From: an uncultured Planctomycetota bacterium
GTDB taxonomy: Bacteria > Planctomycetota > Phycisphaerae > Tepidisphaerales > Tepidisphaeraceae
NCBI GenBank assembly: GCA_963841915.1
Contig: CAWJEN010000004.1
Span: 32,001-96,000, forward strand
Direction of reading: 5' to 3'
DNA: 64,000 nt
Numbering within the stretch: position 1 is the first letter of the stretch; each line of letters begins with the position of its first letter. The notes below the pieces were generated by a model. It searched no databases. It was given only the letters and a program-made list of their open reading frames with translations, and was not told the origin of the DNA. The translations under genes and the position numbers were made by a program. Positions 15,592-28,675 of this stretch are shown one piece after another.

Positions 15592-16695
15592 CTACGCCGC
15601 TTCGGCGCGGCTGATTGCGGACGCGCGTCGCAGAGTCTCCGCCTGCTGGTCCCAGTTCCATTGGAGCAGGCCATCCACTGGCTGACCTTGTAGCAGGAAT
15701 CCAGGTTCCCACTTGCCGCTGATAGGATCGAATCGCTGCCGCTTCATCGACCGGATATGGGTGCAGGTGTCGATGAGTGTCACGCTTTTGAAGTGCGGGA
15801 TGAGGAGTGGGAGATACGCTCGGCCTCGGACGATCAGGCGTAGCGGACGAGGCACAGAGGACGCGAGCTTGGCGAGCTGCTTCGCGTACCACGGCCCCCG
15901 GGCGACGCGGCTTGTACCGGTGCCGAACTCGAAGGAGAGGAGCGTGACTTCGGGACGATCCGCAACGAAGCTCGTCCATCGCTTGAAATCCTGATCCGTT
16001 CGGCCCTGTAGATGGAGTGCGGCTGGAAGACCGGCATCGACGGCCTCGGCCCAGAGCAGCGCGATGCGCTTCATGTTGTGGAAGTTGTCCTCGCGGGCCA
16101 CGTCGCAAAAGACGCTGAAGTTCGGCGTCGTGACCGCGGCGGGCCGCAGGTCACGCAGGTACTCGATCAAGCCCGACTCACGGCCCACGCTCCACGACGG
16201 TTCGATCAGGTGATCCTTGTTGATGCCGTCGATGATCAGGGGCGTTCCCGGTGCCAGGCGGAAATAGCTCTCGATGGCGGCACGATTCTCCCACCTCGGC
16301 CGGCCCGATCGAAGGTGGTAGAGCTTATGCAGCGGCACCGCGGCGGCCGCGGCCTCGAAGGGGGTCGAGCGGCTTGAGCCGTGGTAGATCATCGGAGCGA
16401 CGTGAGGCAGCGTCTCCACCTTCGTCGGGGCGACTCGCCTGACGTTATCGAGCGTCCAGCCGTTGACCTCCCACATCCGCCGCGCGAGATCCTGCGGCGA
16501 GTGGACCGGGCACACCGCGTTGCATTTGTGCGGCGATCCGCAGCACAGGTCTCGGCAGTTCCAGATCGGAGCCTCCGGCGACAGGCCGCCGCAGATGGCG
16601 AGGTTGCCGCAGTTCGAGCAACCCATGGCCGGACTGGCACCCTCTCGCTGCCAGAGCGTGTCCTCGATTGGAATGATTGGGAGGCTCTTCAGCAC
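15592..16695 (-). CDS. Cys-rich DUF4417-like protein (TGT-like barrel by inference)
   Basis: GTG start at 16695, 1 nt after the upstream stop, AAGGA RBS. N-terminal CSNC...CGG...CRDLCCGSPHKCNAVCP; D-x3-E-x2-W and TTPNFSVFCD...NMKR match the DUF4417 PDFS-x3-D pattern. Confidence 0.65.
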   Translation of the reverse strand: MLKSLPIIPIEDTLWQREGASPAMGCSNCGNLAICGGLSPEAPIWNCRDLCCGSPHKCNAVCPVHSPQDLARRMWEVNGWTLDNVRRVAPTKVETLPHVAPMIYHGSSRSTPFEAAAAAVPLHKLYHLRSGRPRWENRAAIESYFRLAPGTPLIIDGINKDHLIEPSWSVGRESGLIEYLRDLRPAAVTTPNFSVFCDVAREDNFHNMKRIALLWAEAVDAGLPAALHLQGRTDQDFKRWTSFVADRPEVTLLSFEFGTGTSRVARGPWYAKQLAKLASSVPRPLRLIVRGRAYLPLLIPHFKSVTLIDTCTHIRSMKRQRFDPISGKWEPGFLLQGQPVDGLLQWNWDQQAETLRRASAISRAEAA

Positions 16696-16696
16696 G

Positions 16697-17080
16697 CTAC
16701 TGCTGTCCTTCCTGATCCGACGGAGTGCTGGCGATGTCGAGGATGACGTCGGCGAGACGCAGGCACTCGTCGATGTTTTCGATGATCCCCGTTGTGACCG
16801 GAGCTGGCGCACCTTCCAGCGCCTGAATGAGAGTGGGCGACGTACTGACAGACCGGCCCACTTCGAGACCCTGATGCTCGATGGCGACGCTGCCATTCTC
16901 GCAGAGGCGTACGAGCACGGATGCCCCAGCAGGGACCGATCCCGAGCAGTGGAACGGGAATCGCCGCGCAGCCGGCTTGATCGTCCGGTCGTAAAGTGTT
17001 GGGCTGAACTGCTCCCTCAAGTTTCGGTCGAACGACTTCTTGAAGGACTGCTGCCGCTTCTTGGCTTCGTCAGCTCCCAT
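16697..17080 (-). CDS. Hypothetical protein, 127 aa
   Basis: MGADEAKKRQ start overlaps the upstream gene by 11 nt and the stop lies 1 nt before the next start; probable beta-rich C-terminal half. Confidence 0.6.
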   Translation of the reverse strand: MGADEAKKRQQSFKKSFDRNLREQFSPTLYDRTIKPAARRFPFHCSGSVPAGASVLVRLCENGSVAIEHQGLEVGRSVSTSPTLIQALEGAPAPVTTGIIENIDECLRLADVILDIASTPSDQEGQQ

Positions 17081-17657
17081 GGGACATCTCCTCGAACAGG
17101 GGTCGGTAGAACTTGGCCCGACCACGCCGGACTTCCATCAAAATGCCCTTGCTGGCCAAGCCGGCAAGGCGGTTGTTCCATCCCGTGTGCCCGATCTTCT
17201 TTGCACCGTGTTCGTGCATCTTCGTAAGGGTTGCTGCGTCAACCTCGCGAATCTCCGAGACTGCTCGGAGAGTCTCTGCCTGCTTGTCTTCCAGCACGCC
17301 CACCAACCGTGGGTTCCGTGGCTCGCCGCGAGCCGGCAGATCGCAGCACACCACGGCGTCGCTGCCGAGAAGCATCCCCAACTCCTCAAGAACGAACTCG
17401 TTGGCGTTGGCGACCACCGGATAGAGGTCTGGCCTCGTCCTACGGCAGTAGTCGCGGAAGCCGAGCACTGCCTGTCGCAACCAGGAGGCGGTCGCGACGT
17501 CCACGTCGCGGAAGTCGAGGAACAGCGTCTCCGTCTCACGCGGTTGTACCGCAGCGGTGCGGGCGATGAGGCGGGAAAGCGTCGCTGCTCCCTCCTCGGA
17601 CCCGGCGACAGCGCCGGTCTGATCAACCTGTCCAAGCTCGTGCATGCTGAAGATCAT
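17070..17657 (-). CDS. STAS-like (DUF4325-type) domain + winged-HTH protein
   Basis: FLDFRDVDVATASWLRQ resembles the STAS phospho-acceptor loop; C-terminal DAATL...TGWNNRLAGLASKGILMEVRRGRAKFY is wHTH-like. Confidence 0.65.
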   Translation of the reverse strand: MIFSMHELGQVDQTGAVAGSEEGAATLSRLIARTAAVQPRETETLFLDFRDVDVATASWLRQAVLGFRDYCRRTRPDLYPVVANANEFVLEELGMLLGSDAVVCCDLPARGEPRNPRLVGVLEDKQAETLRAVSEIREVDAATLTKMHEHGAKKIGHTGWNNRLAGLASKGILMEVRRGRAKFYRPLFEEMSHGS

Positions 17658-17717
17658 TTGGCTCCTTCACATGGAGTACGTGAAAATAGGCGCCTCCGGC
17701 GACGCTGTCAAGCTCTT

Positions 17718-18506
17718 TCACGTCCTGCATGTGACGAACACAAAGAACCCGGTGGCTCGGCTGCGGATGTAGGGGATGGCGTCGGCGGTGGACGGTTCAC
17801 GACCGGCCACCACGACAGCGGCATCTCCGCTGCGCAACCTCATCTCGACGCCAGCTCCTGCAAGCCTCCGCAGCAGCGTGGTAAACCCGTGGCCGCGACC
17901 GCTTCCGGTGCCGAAGCGTGAGACGCCGTCGTTGAACGCGCGGAGGATGGCCTCGCTGTCATCGATCAAGGAGCCGAACTCCGGGTTCGTCCGTAGGCTT
18001 TGCAAGACACCGACCCCTAGATCGGCCACGAAGAACTCGAATAAGCCACCGTTGTAGCGGTAGCCGACGAGAGCGGTGTCCTTGGCCTCGCTGTGGACTT
18101 GGGCGTTGTCCACCATCTCAAGGAAAGCCGCGAGCAATCCCTTCGAGAATGACTTCGTGAAGCCCGCTCGCTCGCCGGCATCGACAAAGCGGCGGAGGAA
18201 TCGCTGCCATGGGTCCTGTCCGCGAGTTTCGACGTTGGTGGGCACGCGGGCGAACTCCGCGGACAGGGCTTGCCAGCTACTTTCTTGAAGCCCTCCCGTT
18301 CGCCAGGCATGTGCGAGTGCATCGACTTGAGGACCACGACTAACTTCTCCGAGGCGTGGCAAGTCTTGACGTTGAGCAGCTCGGATCAGGGCGTACTCGA
18401 CAATGGGACCCAATGCCGAAGCATCCACAGGGTGCGTCTGCCCTCCGGAATGATCAGCAGGGAGTAGCGTCAGGCGATCCACATCATCGAAACCGAACGA
18501 CCTCAT
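17718..18506 (-). CDS. GHKL (HATPase_c) anti-sigma-factor-type kinase/ATP-binding protein
   Basis: N box EMVDNAQVHS, G1 ADLGVG, G2 GSGRGHG, LRSGDA; no His-box or TM; likely start MRSFGFDD at 18506. Confidence 0.75.
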   Translation of the reverse strand: MRSFGFDDVDRLTLLPADHSGGQTHPVDASALGPIVEYALIRAAQRQDLPRLGEVSRGPQVDALAHAWRTGGLQESSWQALSAEFARVPTNVETRGQDPWQRFLRRFVDAGERAGFTKSFSKGLLAAFLEMVDNAQVHSEAKDTALVGYRYNGGLFEFFVADLGVGVLQSLRTNPEFGSLIDDSEAILRAFNDGVSRFGTGSGRGHGFTTLLRRLAGAGVEMRLRSGDAAVVVAGREPSTADAIPYIRSRATGFFVFVTCRT

Positions 18507-18914
18507 CACCGATCCCCAAGTAAACCGCGTGAAGATGTAGTACCCACAGGGGTGCCACACTCTGGCATGCCGCCAGGGTGCCCTAAGCTGCACCTCTAAG
18601 TGTAGATGAGCTGACACTTTCCGACTGCGTACATGTTCTGTGGTCAAACACGAACCGACTCCAGCCTTGAACAGCACTGGGATCGAGTTCAACGTCGCCG
18701 CCGCACAGCCATGCAGCTAGTTTGCGAGACGTCAAGCAGATCGTCTAATCGTCGTTGATGCCCAAGCCGTGACGTCGAAAGACTCGTACGCTGCGCCGCT
18801 TCCACAAGATGAGTCGGCCCCGCTCGTCCTCCTCAACCTTCAGATTCTGGACGCCGGAGTGCGCAAGACCCTTTCGTCTTCGTCGGCAGCCACGTCGCCG
18901 GCTCGACGTATTCG

Positions 18915-18942
18915 AAGGCCGCCCGCGAAAGCGGGCGGCCTT
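18915..18942. terminator. Hairpin downstream of the integrase
   Basis: AAGGCCGCCCGC-GAAA-GCGGGCGGCCTT, perfect 12-bp stem. Confidence 0.7.
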
Positions 18943-18961
18943 TGACTGTGTGAGCCTGGTT

Positions 18962-20581
18962 TTACTTCAATCGCTTGTACCCGCCGCCAGGAAGGCGGCC
19001 GCCCCTGTCTCGAAGGTGGCCTCTCGGCGTTGGAAGCGCCGCCTCTCCGTTGAAGATGGCGGCGTACTCCTTCGTCCAGGCCTCGCGCTGCGCCTCGACG
19101 AGCCGCTCCCACTGACGCTCAGTACGCGCGATGTACCTGCGGGTGGCGAGGGTCCTCGCCGAGTGCTGGAGGTGCATCTCTCCGAGGATGTCGTTCATCG
19201 TCAACTCGGTAATGAGCGTGGCGGAGGTTTTGCGCAAAGCGTAGAAGGGCAGCCGCCGAACCTGCGGGCAACGGTCCAGCAGGCGTCGCCACGCGCACGA
19301 CGAGTTGTCAACTCGCTGCTTTTTCCGCTTCTTGTTGATAGTCCAGTAGACCAGTGGTTTGCCGCCCTTCGTCGTGAAGACGCGGTCATGAGGTGAGCCA
19401 GCACCTTCGCCGCTGAGGGCCTTCCGAAACAGCCCTGCGAGCACCGCTGGGATGAAGTGGCGGCCGTACACGTCGGTCTTTCCCCGCCGCCGTCTTATCA
19501 CGGCCGTCCCATCATTGTTGAACTGAATCACCCCTCGCCTGAGGCGCGACAGCTCCATCTGTCCCATCCCCAGCACCAACGCCGCCAAGAAAATCATCAT
19601 CATCCAATCCGACCCAGACTCGACGGCGGCCTTCGACAGCGTGCTCAGCTCGGCGATCGTGAACCGTTCCGGATCGACCCCCGAGGCTTCGGCCTCGGCG
19701 CGGGCGATGTCCGCTTCCGCCTTCTCGTCCTCAGTCAGTAGGTGGGCGGGGCGGATCTTGAAGTGTTTCTCCCATCGCCTTGGACCGGTGGACCAAGTGC
19801 CCGTCTCCTCGGCATGCCGCAGCCCGGCAGCAACGTGCTTGAGACGGTGTTCGATGATTGTCGTCGGCGAAAGCAGCCGTCCGTCGCTCCTCCCAGTCTC
19901 GCGCCTGCACAGCACGCTCACGAGGACTCCGACCTCGCCCGGCGCGTCGAGCTTCTTGATCGGGAAATCTGGAATGTTGAGGAGGATCGCGTTTTCGACC
20001 TCACTGCGGACGGAGGCCGCGGTTGCATCTCCGACCGTTGCACTGGCATCGAGCTGGTCGAGGTACGAGCGCATGACCCCATGGAAGGTGACGGCGGCGG
20101 TCTCATTACGGTGTTGAAGGTAATCGTGCGGAAACGCTTCGAGCGCCTTGAGCATGTCAGCAGCACGATCCGGATCACAGCCGTTGAGTCCGCCGAGTGG
20201 CGCGAACAGGCGGTCCAGCCCCGTTTGTACGAGGCGCTTCTGCGCCTGCTTCGCGGCCACGGTCGGATCCGTGGCATCTCCGTCCGCAAATCGGCGGGCG
20301 GCAGCGATGTCCAGGTCGCTCCATAGATTTTGCCCCTTCGCCTCAAGAGCGTCCCAGAACGCTTTCAACGCTCGGGCCTGCCGATCCGCATCGGGCTTCG
20401 GCACTGTCGAAGCAGACCCGAAGTAGAACGGCTTCGGCTTGGCTGACCCGTCGCGGCCGAGGTGGTGGCCGATCATGGCTCGCCACTGGCCATTGGTTGC
20501 CGTCACAGATGGGACGATGGAGGCACGTCGGCGCGGTGGGCGACGACGCGGGGACTGGTTCGAGTTAGCACTTTCAATCAT
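18962..20581 (-). CDS. Tyrosine recombinase/integrase
   Basis: N-terminal arm-binding-like GQWRAMIG...FYFG; catalytic domain GMGQMELSRL, RGKT, FYALRKTSAT, LQHS, RRY; adjacent to tRNA. Confidence 0.85.
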   Translation of the reverse strand: MIESANSNQSPRRRPPRRRASIVPSVTATNGQWRAMIGHHLGRDGSAKPKPFYFGSASTVPKPDADRQARALKAFWDALEAKGQNLWSDLDIAAARRFADGDATDPTVAAKQAQKRLVQTGLDRLFAPLGGLNGCDPDRAADMLKALEAFPHDYLQHRNETAAVTFHGVMRSYLDQLDASATVGDATAASVRSEVENAILLNIPDFPIKKLDAPGEVGVLVSVLCRRETGRSDGRLLSPTTIIEHRLKHVAAGLRHAEETGTWSTGPRRWEKHFKIRPAHLLTEDEKAEADIARAEAEASGVDPERFTIAELSTLSKAAVESGSDWMMMIFLAALVLGMGQMELSRLRRGVIQFNNDGTAVIRRRRGKTDVYGRHFIPAVLAGLFRKALSGEGAGSPHDRVFTTKGGKPLVYWTINKKRKKQRVDNSSCAWRRLLDRCPQVRRLPFYALRKTSATLITELTMNDILGEMHLQHSARTLATRRYIARTERQWERLVEAQREAWTKEYAAIFNGEAALPTPRGHLRDRGGRLPGGGYKRLK

Positions 20582-20698
20582 GAGGTGGTTGGTCGTGGCG
20601 GCCGCTTGCTAAAGCGGGTCGGCTGTCGATCAACCCCAACGTGCAGCGTGTGCGGACGACCTCTTGGGCCGGCCGAGAGGCGTGTCGAACCGTCCAAA

Positions 20699-20713
20699 CT
20701 GATACAGTATCAG
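20699..20713. promoter_or_regulatory. Perfect palindrome between tRNA and integrase (operator or recombinase site)
   Basis: CTGATAC-A-GTATCAG. Confidence 0.35.
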
Positions 20714-20740
20714 GTGATCTCGCCCCTCCGCCCGCGCACG

Positions 20741-20770
20741 ACAAGCCCCGGCCGGTCGGCCGGGGCTTGT
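20741..20770. terminator. Hairpin 3' of tRNA-Gly
   Basis: ACAAGCCCCGGCCG-GT-CGGCCGGGGCTTGT, perfect 14-bp inverted repeat. Confidence 0.65.
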
Positions 20771-20791
20771 GGGACAACGACTTAGTCGTCA

Positions 20792-20864
20792 AGCGGCGAA
20801 AGGGGTTCGAACCCTCAACATTCAGCTTGGAAGGCTGACGCTCTGCCAATTGAGCTACCGCCGC
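20792..20864 (-). tRNA. tRNA-Gly (TCC)
   Basis: GCGGCGGTAGCTCAATTGGCAGAGCG-TCAGC-CTTCCAA-GCTGA-ATGTT-GAGGG-TTCGAAC-CCCTT-TCGCCGC-T cloverleaf; CCA not encoded. Confidence 0.96.
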
Positions 20865-20966
20865 GACACGGCACGATAGGCCGGTGAAGTCGCGGTCTGC
20901 CAGCCGTCGTCGTCTGATAATGCGTCGGCCTGCCGAAGATTTCCGGGCGGTGACGACGCATGGTGC

Positions 20967-21350
20967 ATGAAGCGCACGCGAGGCACGATGGTGTTAGCAA
21001 TCCTGGTGGCCGGCTGCGCGACGACAGGTCCAAGCCTGCCGATGGAGGGGGCGACGACGGCACCTGTGCCTCGTGATCAGCCGAGACCGGCGGTACGGAC
21101 GGATGACGTGCTGGCGGTGGGGCCGACGCGTTTGCGGCCGTTCGATGCCTCTTTGCCTGCCGCGACGGCGGTTGTTGCCATCGGCGTACGCGTGCCGCTC
21201 GCCCACGAGGTGCGATCGGGCGATACGCTCTTTGCCATCGCCCGTCAGCACCTTGGCAGCGGTGCCCGCTGGCGGGAGCTGCTCGAGGCCAATCCGCGAC
21301 TACCGGCAGACGGCGTCGTGCAGGTCGGGCAAGTCGTGCTCGTGCCATAA
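20967..21350 (+). CDS. LysM-domain lipoprotein
   Basis: Lipobox VAGC; C-terminal HEVRSGDTLFAIA...NP...VGQVVLVP. Confidence 0.85.
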   Translation: MKRTRGTMVLAILVAGCATTGPSLPMEGATTAPVPRDQPRPAVRTDDVLAVGPTRLRPFDASLPAATAVVAIGVRVPLAHEVRSGDTLFAIARQHLGSGARWRELLEANPRLPADGVVQVGQVVLVP

Positions 21351-21359
21351 CGTGCTGCC

Positions 21360-21776
21360 ATGAGCAGCCCGATCCGACTTCAGGTGGAAACGAGTCGGCA
21401 GAGCGAACTCCTAGAGATCACGCGCGACGTCGAGCAGGCCATCGACCGTCTGAGCCAAGGCCGCAGCGGCATTGTAGTGATTTACGTGCCGCATACGACG
21501 GCCGGTGTCGTGGTGCAGGAGAACGCCGACCCGGATGTGCAGCACGATCTGCTCCGCAAGCTCGACGAACTGGTGCCACGCCGCGAGTCGTACTACCGCC
21601 ACGCCGAGGGTAACAGCGACAGCCACCTCAAGGCGGTGATGTGCGGCACGAGCGTGACGCTTATTGTCGAGGCAGGCAAGCCTTTGCTGGGGCGGTGGCA
21701 GGGGATCTACCTGGCGGAGTTCGATGGGCCGCGGTCGCGGGAAGTGGTGGTGAAGGTCATTCTTGACAAGGCGTGA
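21360..21776 (+). CDS. yjbQ: YjbQ/UPF0047 family protein
   Basis: PHTTAG, ENADPDV, GNSDSHLK, LGRWQGIYLAEFDGPR. Confidence 0.9.
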   Translation: MSSPIRLQVETSRQSELLEITRDVEQAIDRLSQGRSGIVVIYVPHTTAGVVVQENADPDVQHDLLRKLDELVPRRESYYRHAEGNSDSHLKAVMCGTSVTLIVEAGKPLLGRWQGIYLAEFDGPRSREVVVKVILDKA

Positions 21777-21792
21777 CCGGGCGCAGCAGGAA

Positions 21793-21816
21793 AGCCTGCG
21801 GGTCGAGCCGCAGGCT
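21793..21816. terminator. Hairpin between convergent yjbQ and infA
   Basis: AGCCTGCGG-GTCGAG-CCGCAGGCT. Confidence 0.55.
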
Positions 21817-21890
21817 GGATGCTGGTTTTGATGTTCGGGTGCAAAGCCACTGATCTGGCGTTGCCGCGGGTGGAGCGGGTCGCCCTTTAA

Positions 21891-22130
21891 CTACCGCTGG
21901 CGGTAGACGATGCGGCCCTTGCTCAGGTCGTAAGGAGACATCTGCACCTTGACCTTGTCGCCCGGCAGGATGCGGATGAAGTGCTTGCGCATCTTGCCGC
22001 TGACGAAGCCGAGGATCTCGTGGGCACCGCCGCCGCCTTCGGGGTCATCGAGGCGCAGCTTGAACATGGCGTTGGGCAGGGCCTGCACCACCGTCGCCTC
22101 CATCTCCATCGTGTCGTCGTCTCGTGCCAC
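21891..22130 (-). CDS. infA: Translation initiation factor IF-1
   Basis: [36 protein letters not shown]. Confidence 0.97.
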   Translation of the reverse strand: MARDDDTMEMEATVVQALPNAMFKLRLDDPEGGGGAHEILGFVSGKMRKHFIRILPGDKVKVQMSPYDLSKGRIVYRQR

Positions 22131-22219
22131 TAAGTCATTCTCCGTAGGGTTGCCCAGCCGGCGTGCAGCGTTGCAGGCGGCGGGAACGCACGATAGTCGC
22201 GCCGGCTGATCATTGCGCC

Positions 22220-23332
22220 TCAGTCGCGGCCTTCACCTTCAAGACTCGCCCGAATGCGCTCGAAGTTCTCGACCCGCCACGCCGGAGCCGTGCCGGCTGC
22301 GACGTCGGGGAAGAACTGCTCGAGTGCCTCCGGCTCGACGCCGACCGGGGCAAACACCTTGATGCCCGGTGTGTCGACGACGTAACCACCCGCATCACCG
22401 GCCAACTTGTATCGGCGGGCGCTGGTGGTCGTGTGCTTACCTTTGCCGTGCGATTCGCTGGTATCGCCGACGCGCAGGTCGATGTCGCGATCGATGGCCG
22501 AGACAAGCGAGCTTTTGCCGACACCACTGTGACCGGCGAGCACGGTCGTCCTACCGGCGAGCAGGGCGCGAAGCGCGTCGAGGCCGTCACCGGTTTCGAT
22601 GCTGGTGAGCAAAGCTGGCACGCCGATCGTGCGGTAATGGGCCATGGCTTCGTCCGTGCCCGCCGCGTCCTCGGCGTGCTCACGAAGATCGCTTTTGTTG
22701 ACCACCACGGCCGGCTTGAGCCCGCCAGTCTGGGCGGCGACGAGCATGCGATCGACCAGGCCCCAACGCGGAAACGGATCATGCATGGCCACGACGATCA
22801 GAAACTGATCGGCATTGGCAACGATCGGGTCGAGCTTGTGATCATCGAAGCTGTCGGCCCGCATCAGCACCGTGTTCCGCGGCTCGACCGCTTCGATGAC
22901 ACCCTCAGGCAACACGTGCGACTGGCCGTCGATCGATTCGCTCTCGGTCAGATTCGTCGTGCCGCCGGTCCGGCGAAACCGCACGCGATCGCCGACGCAC
23001 AGTTCGCCCATCTCCTCGGCGATGACCTGCCGCATCGTTCGGCGGCTGGTGCACAGCAGCAGCTCGCCAGCGTCGTCTTCGACGCTGAGGAACAACGAGT
23101 GGACCTGGATGACTTCGCCGATCGGCAGCGCCTTCTTTGCCGCCGCGTGCCGAGCGTCGGCCATGCGTTCGGTGGCGGTGCGGATGGTCTTGTTCCGCTG
23201 GTGGAACTTGGTTCGCTTGCCGAACTTCTGCGACTGACCACCACGCACATCGTGATCGGCATTGCGACTGCCGCTCTTTTCGTCGAGCAGCAGGTCTCTG
23301 TAGTCTTTGTCTCTCGGGCGACGTTTGGGCAA
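22220..23332 (-). CDS. rsgA: Ribosome small subunit-dependent GTPase A
   Basis: Circularly permuted GTPase: [23 protein letters not shown]; start uncertain (TTG 23332 avoids overlap with carB). Confidence 0.88.
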   Translation of the reverse strand: MPKRRPRDKDYRDLLLDEKSGSRNADHDVRGGQSQKFGKRTKFHQRNKTIRTATERMADARHAAAKKALPIGEVIQVHSLFLSVEDDAGELLLCTSRRTMRQVIAEEMGELCVGDRVRFRRTGGTTNLTESESIDGQSHVLPEGVIEAVEPRNTVLMRADSFDDHKLDPIVANADQFLIVVAMHDPFPRWGLVDRMLVAAQTGGLKPAVVVNKSDLREHAEDAAGTDEAMAHYRTIGVPALLTSIETGDGLDALRALLAGRTTVLAGHSGVGKSSLVSAIDRDIDLRVGDTSESHGKGKHTTTSARRYKLAGDAGGYVVDTPGIKVFAPVGVEPEALEQFFPDVAAGTAPAWRVENFERIRASLEGEGRD

Positions 23333-23345
23333 GGGCAGCAGAGTA

Positions 23346-27122
<3,777 letters not shown>

Positions 27123-27167
27123 CGCAGGTTGGGCCGTCGGTCGAGCGGCGGTATCTTGGCAGACGCC

Positions 27168-27935
27168 ATGCTCAAGACCAACGTAGTCCGCCTGCTCACG
27201 ACGTTTCTGCTCCTCGCCCTCGGATTGGCCGGTGGATGTGCCACCGGTCCCGCGATCGACCCCAGTAAGGTTGCCGTGTCACGCCTTAGCGAGATGGAGA
27301 TGCGTCGCGCGGAGCCGTTGGAAGCCCTGTCGCTATTTCCCGCCGATCAGGCTGGCATGACCGACGCAGCCCTGACGGAGGTGCTAAATGGCGAACTGCA
27401 ATTGCCTGACCGCGTCCGCATGGCTGTCGTTCCGGTCGGCGAAACGCCCAGCTTCACCGGCTACGCCCCCGAGTTTGCCGAGCAGAGCCGCCAGCTCGAG
27501 GGCGCGTTCTTCAACACGCTCAGCGACAGCGAGCGGATTGACTACGTACAGAAGCTGCCACAAATGCTCCGTCCGACCCGCATGACGGTGCCCGACCTGC
27601 GAGTCGCTGCCGCCCGGTATCGAGCGGATCTGGTCCTGATCATCCACACGCGCACCCGCACGTACGAGAACGACCGCCTGCTGGGTAGAGATCGCGTTCG
27701 GGCGTTCAGCAGCGTCGAAGCCGTGCTTGTCGACGTCCGCAGCGGCACCATCCCGTTCAGCACTGACACCGTCGAAGACTTCCTGGCAGTGAAGGAGAAG
27801 GGCGATCTGCGGTTCCGCGACACCATCGCCCGTGCCAACCAGGAAGCAGTCGGCAAGGCATGGCTCCGCGTGGCCGGTGAGACGGCAGCGTTCTTGGACG
27901 AGCAGCCCGCGGCCGCTACAGCCGAGGCGAAATAA
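27168..27935 (+). CDS. Putative lipoprotein
   Basis: [24 protein letters not shown] lipoprotein signal; the upstream part of the listed ORF is antisense to carB. Confidence 0.75.
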   Translation: MLKTNVVRLLTTFLLLALGLAGGCATGPAIDPSKVAVSRLSEMEMRRAEPLEALSLFPADQAGMTDAALTEVLNGELQLPDRVRMAVVPVGETPSFTGYAPEFAEQSRQLEGAFFNTLSDSERIDYVQKLPQMLRPTRMTVPDLRVAAARYRADLVLIIHTRTRTYENDRLLGRDRVRAFSSVEAVLVDVRSGTIPFSTDTVEDFLAVKEKGDLRFRDTIARANQEAVGKAWLRVAGETAAFLDEQPAAATAEAK

Positions 27936-28611
27936 AACGTCGCTTCACCGCCGACGGCAGGTCGTCAGCCGGTTCAAAGTCTGCCCGATCGCCGACCAGC
28001 TTGAGGTGGCCCAGGCGAACCTTTTTATTCGGGTCGTAGACGTCGAACCCGCCTTCGTCGCTCGGCCGCAACTCGATGGGGTCGCGGTAGCTGAAGGCTG
28101 CGTCCCGCTTGCGAAGGTGGCGCGGCTGAGGCTTGATGGCCGGGTTGATGACGACGGCCGGGTCGAACGGCTCGAACAGCGGACGATCGATGACGCCGGC
28201 GTTGTAGCTCTTGACGCCTCGCCCACTGCCACCGACGTAGGCGAGGTCGGGCTTGCCGTCACCGTCGGCGTCGGCGAGCAAGAACGTCGTGATACCCGGC
28301 CCGCCGAGGCCTGTGCCGATCTGGACGACCTCTTCATCCGTCACGGCAAACGTCTCGTACTCGTAGAGGTCTTCCTTCACACGAAACGTCTGCACGCCAA
28401 GCTGCTCGAACGCGTCCGGCGGCGTCGTCTCCTCCAGCACTAGCTTCAGGAACGTCGACCCGTCGCCCGCCTTGCGCAGCGACTCGACGATGCGTACCTC
28501 CGCATCGGTCAGCACCACCCGTTGCGGCGGCTTGGGCTTCGGGTCACCGGCGCATCCACCGGCGAGGCACGCGACTGTGACGACAAGAGCAGCGACAGAG
28601 CGTGGCAGCAT
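27916..28611 (-). CDS. Putative lipoprotein with one FG-GAP/VCBS-like motif
   Basis: MLPRSVAALVVTVACLAGGC signal; DADGDGKPDL. Confidence 0.7.
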   Translation of the reverse strand: MLPRSVAALVVTVACLAGGCAGDPKPKPPQRVVLTDAEVRIVESLRKAGDGSTFLKLVLEETTPPDAFEQLGVQTFRVKEDLYEYETFAVTDEEVVQIGTGLGGPGITTFLLADADGDGKPDLAYVGGSGRGVKSYNAGVIDRPLFEPFDPAVVINPAIKPQPRHLRKRDAAFSYRDPIELRPSDEGGFDVYDPNKKVRLGHLKLVGDRADFEPADDLPSAVKRRFISPRL

Positions 28612-28675
28612 GACCGCATCATGCCGCACGCGATTGCCGGTGGCAAAATGGGTGCGACCTGCCGACGATGGGCTT

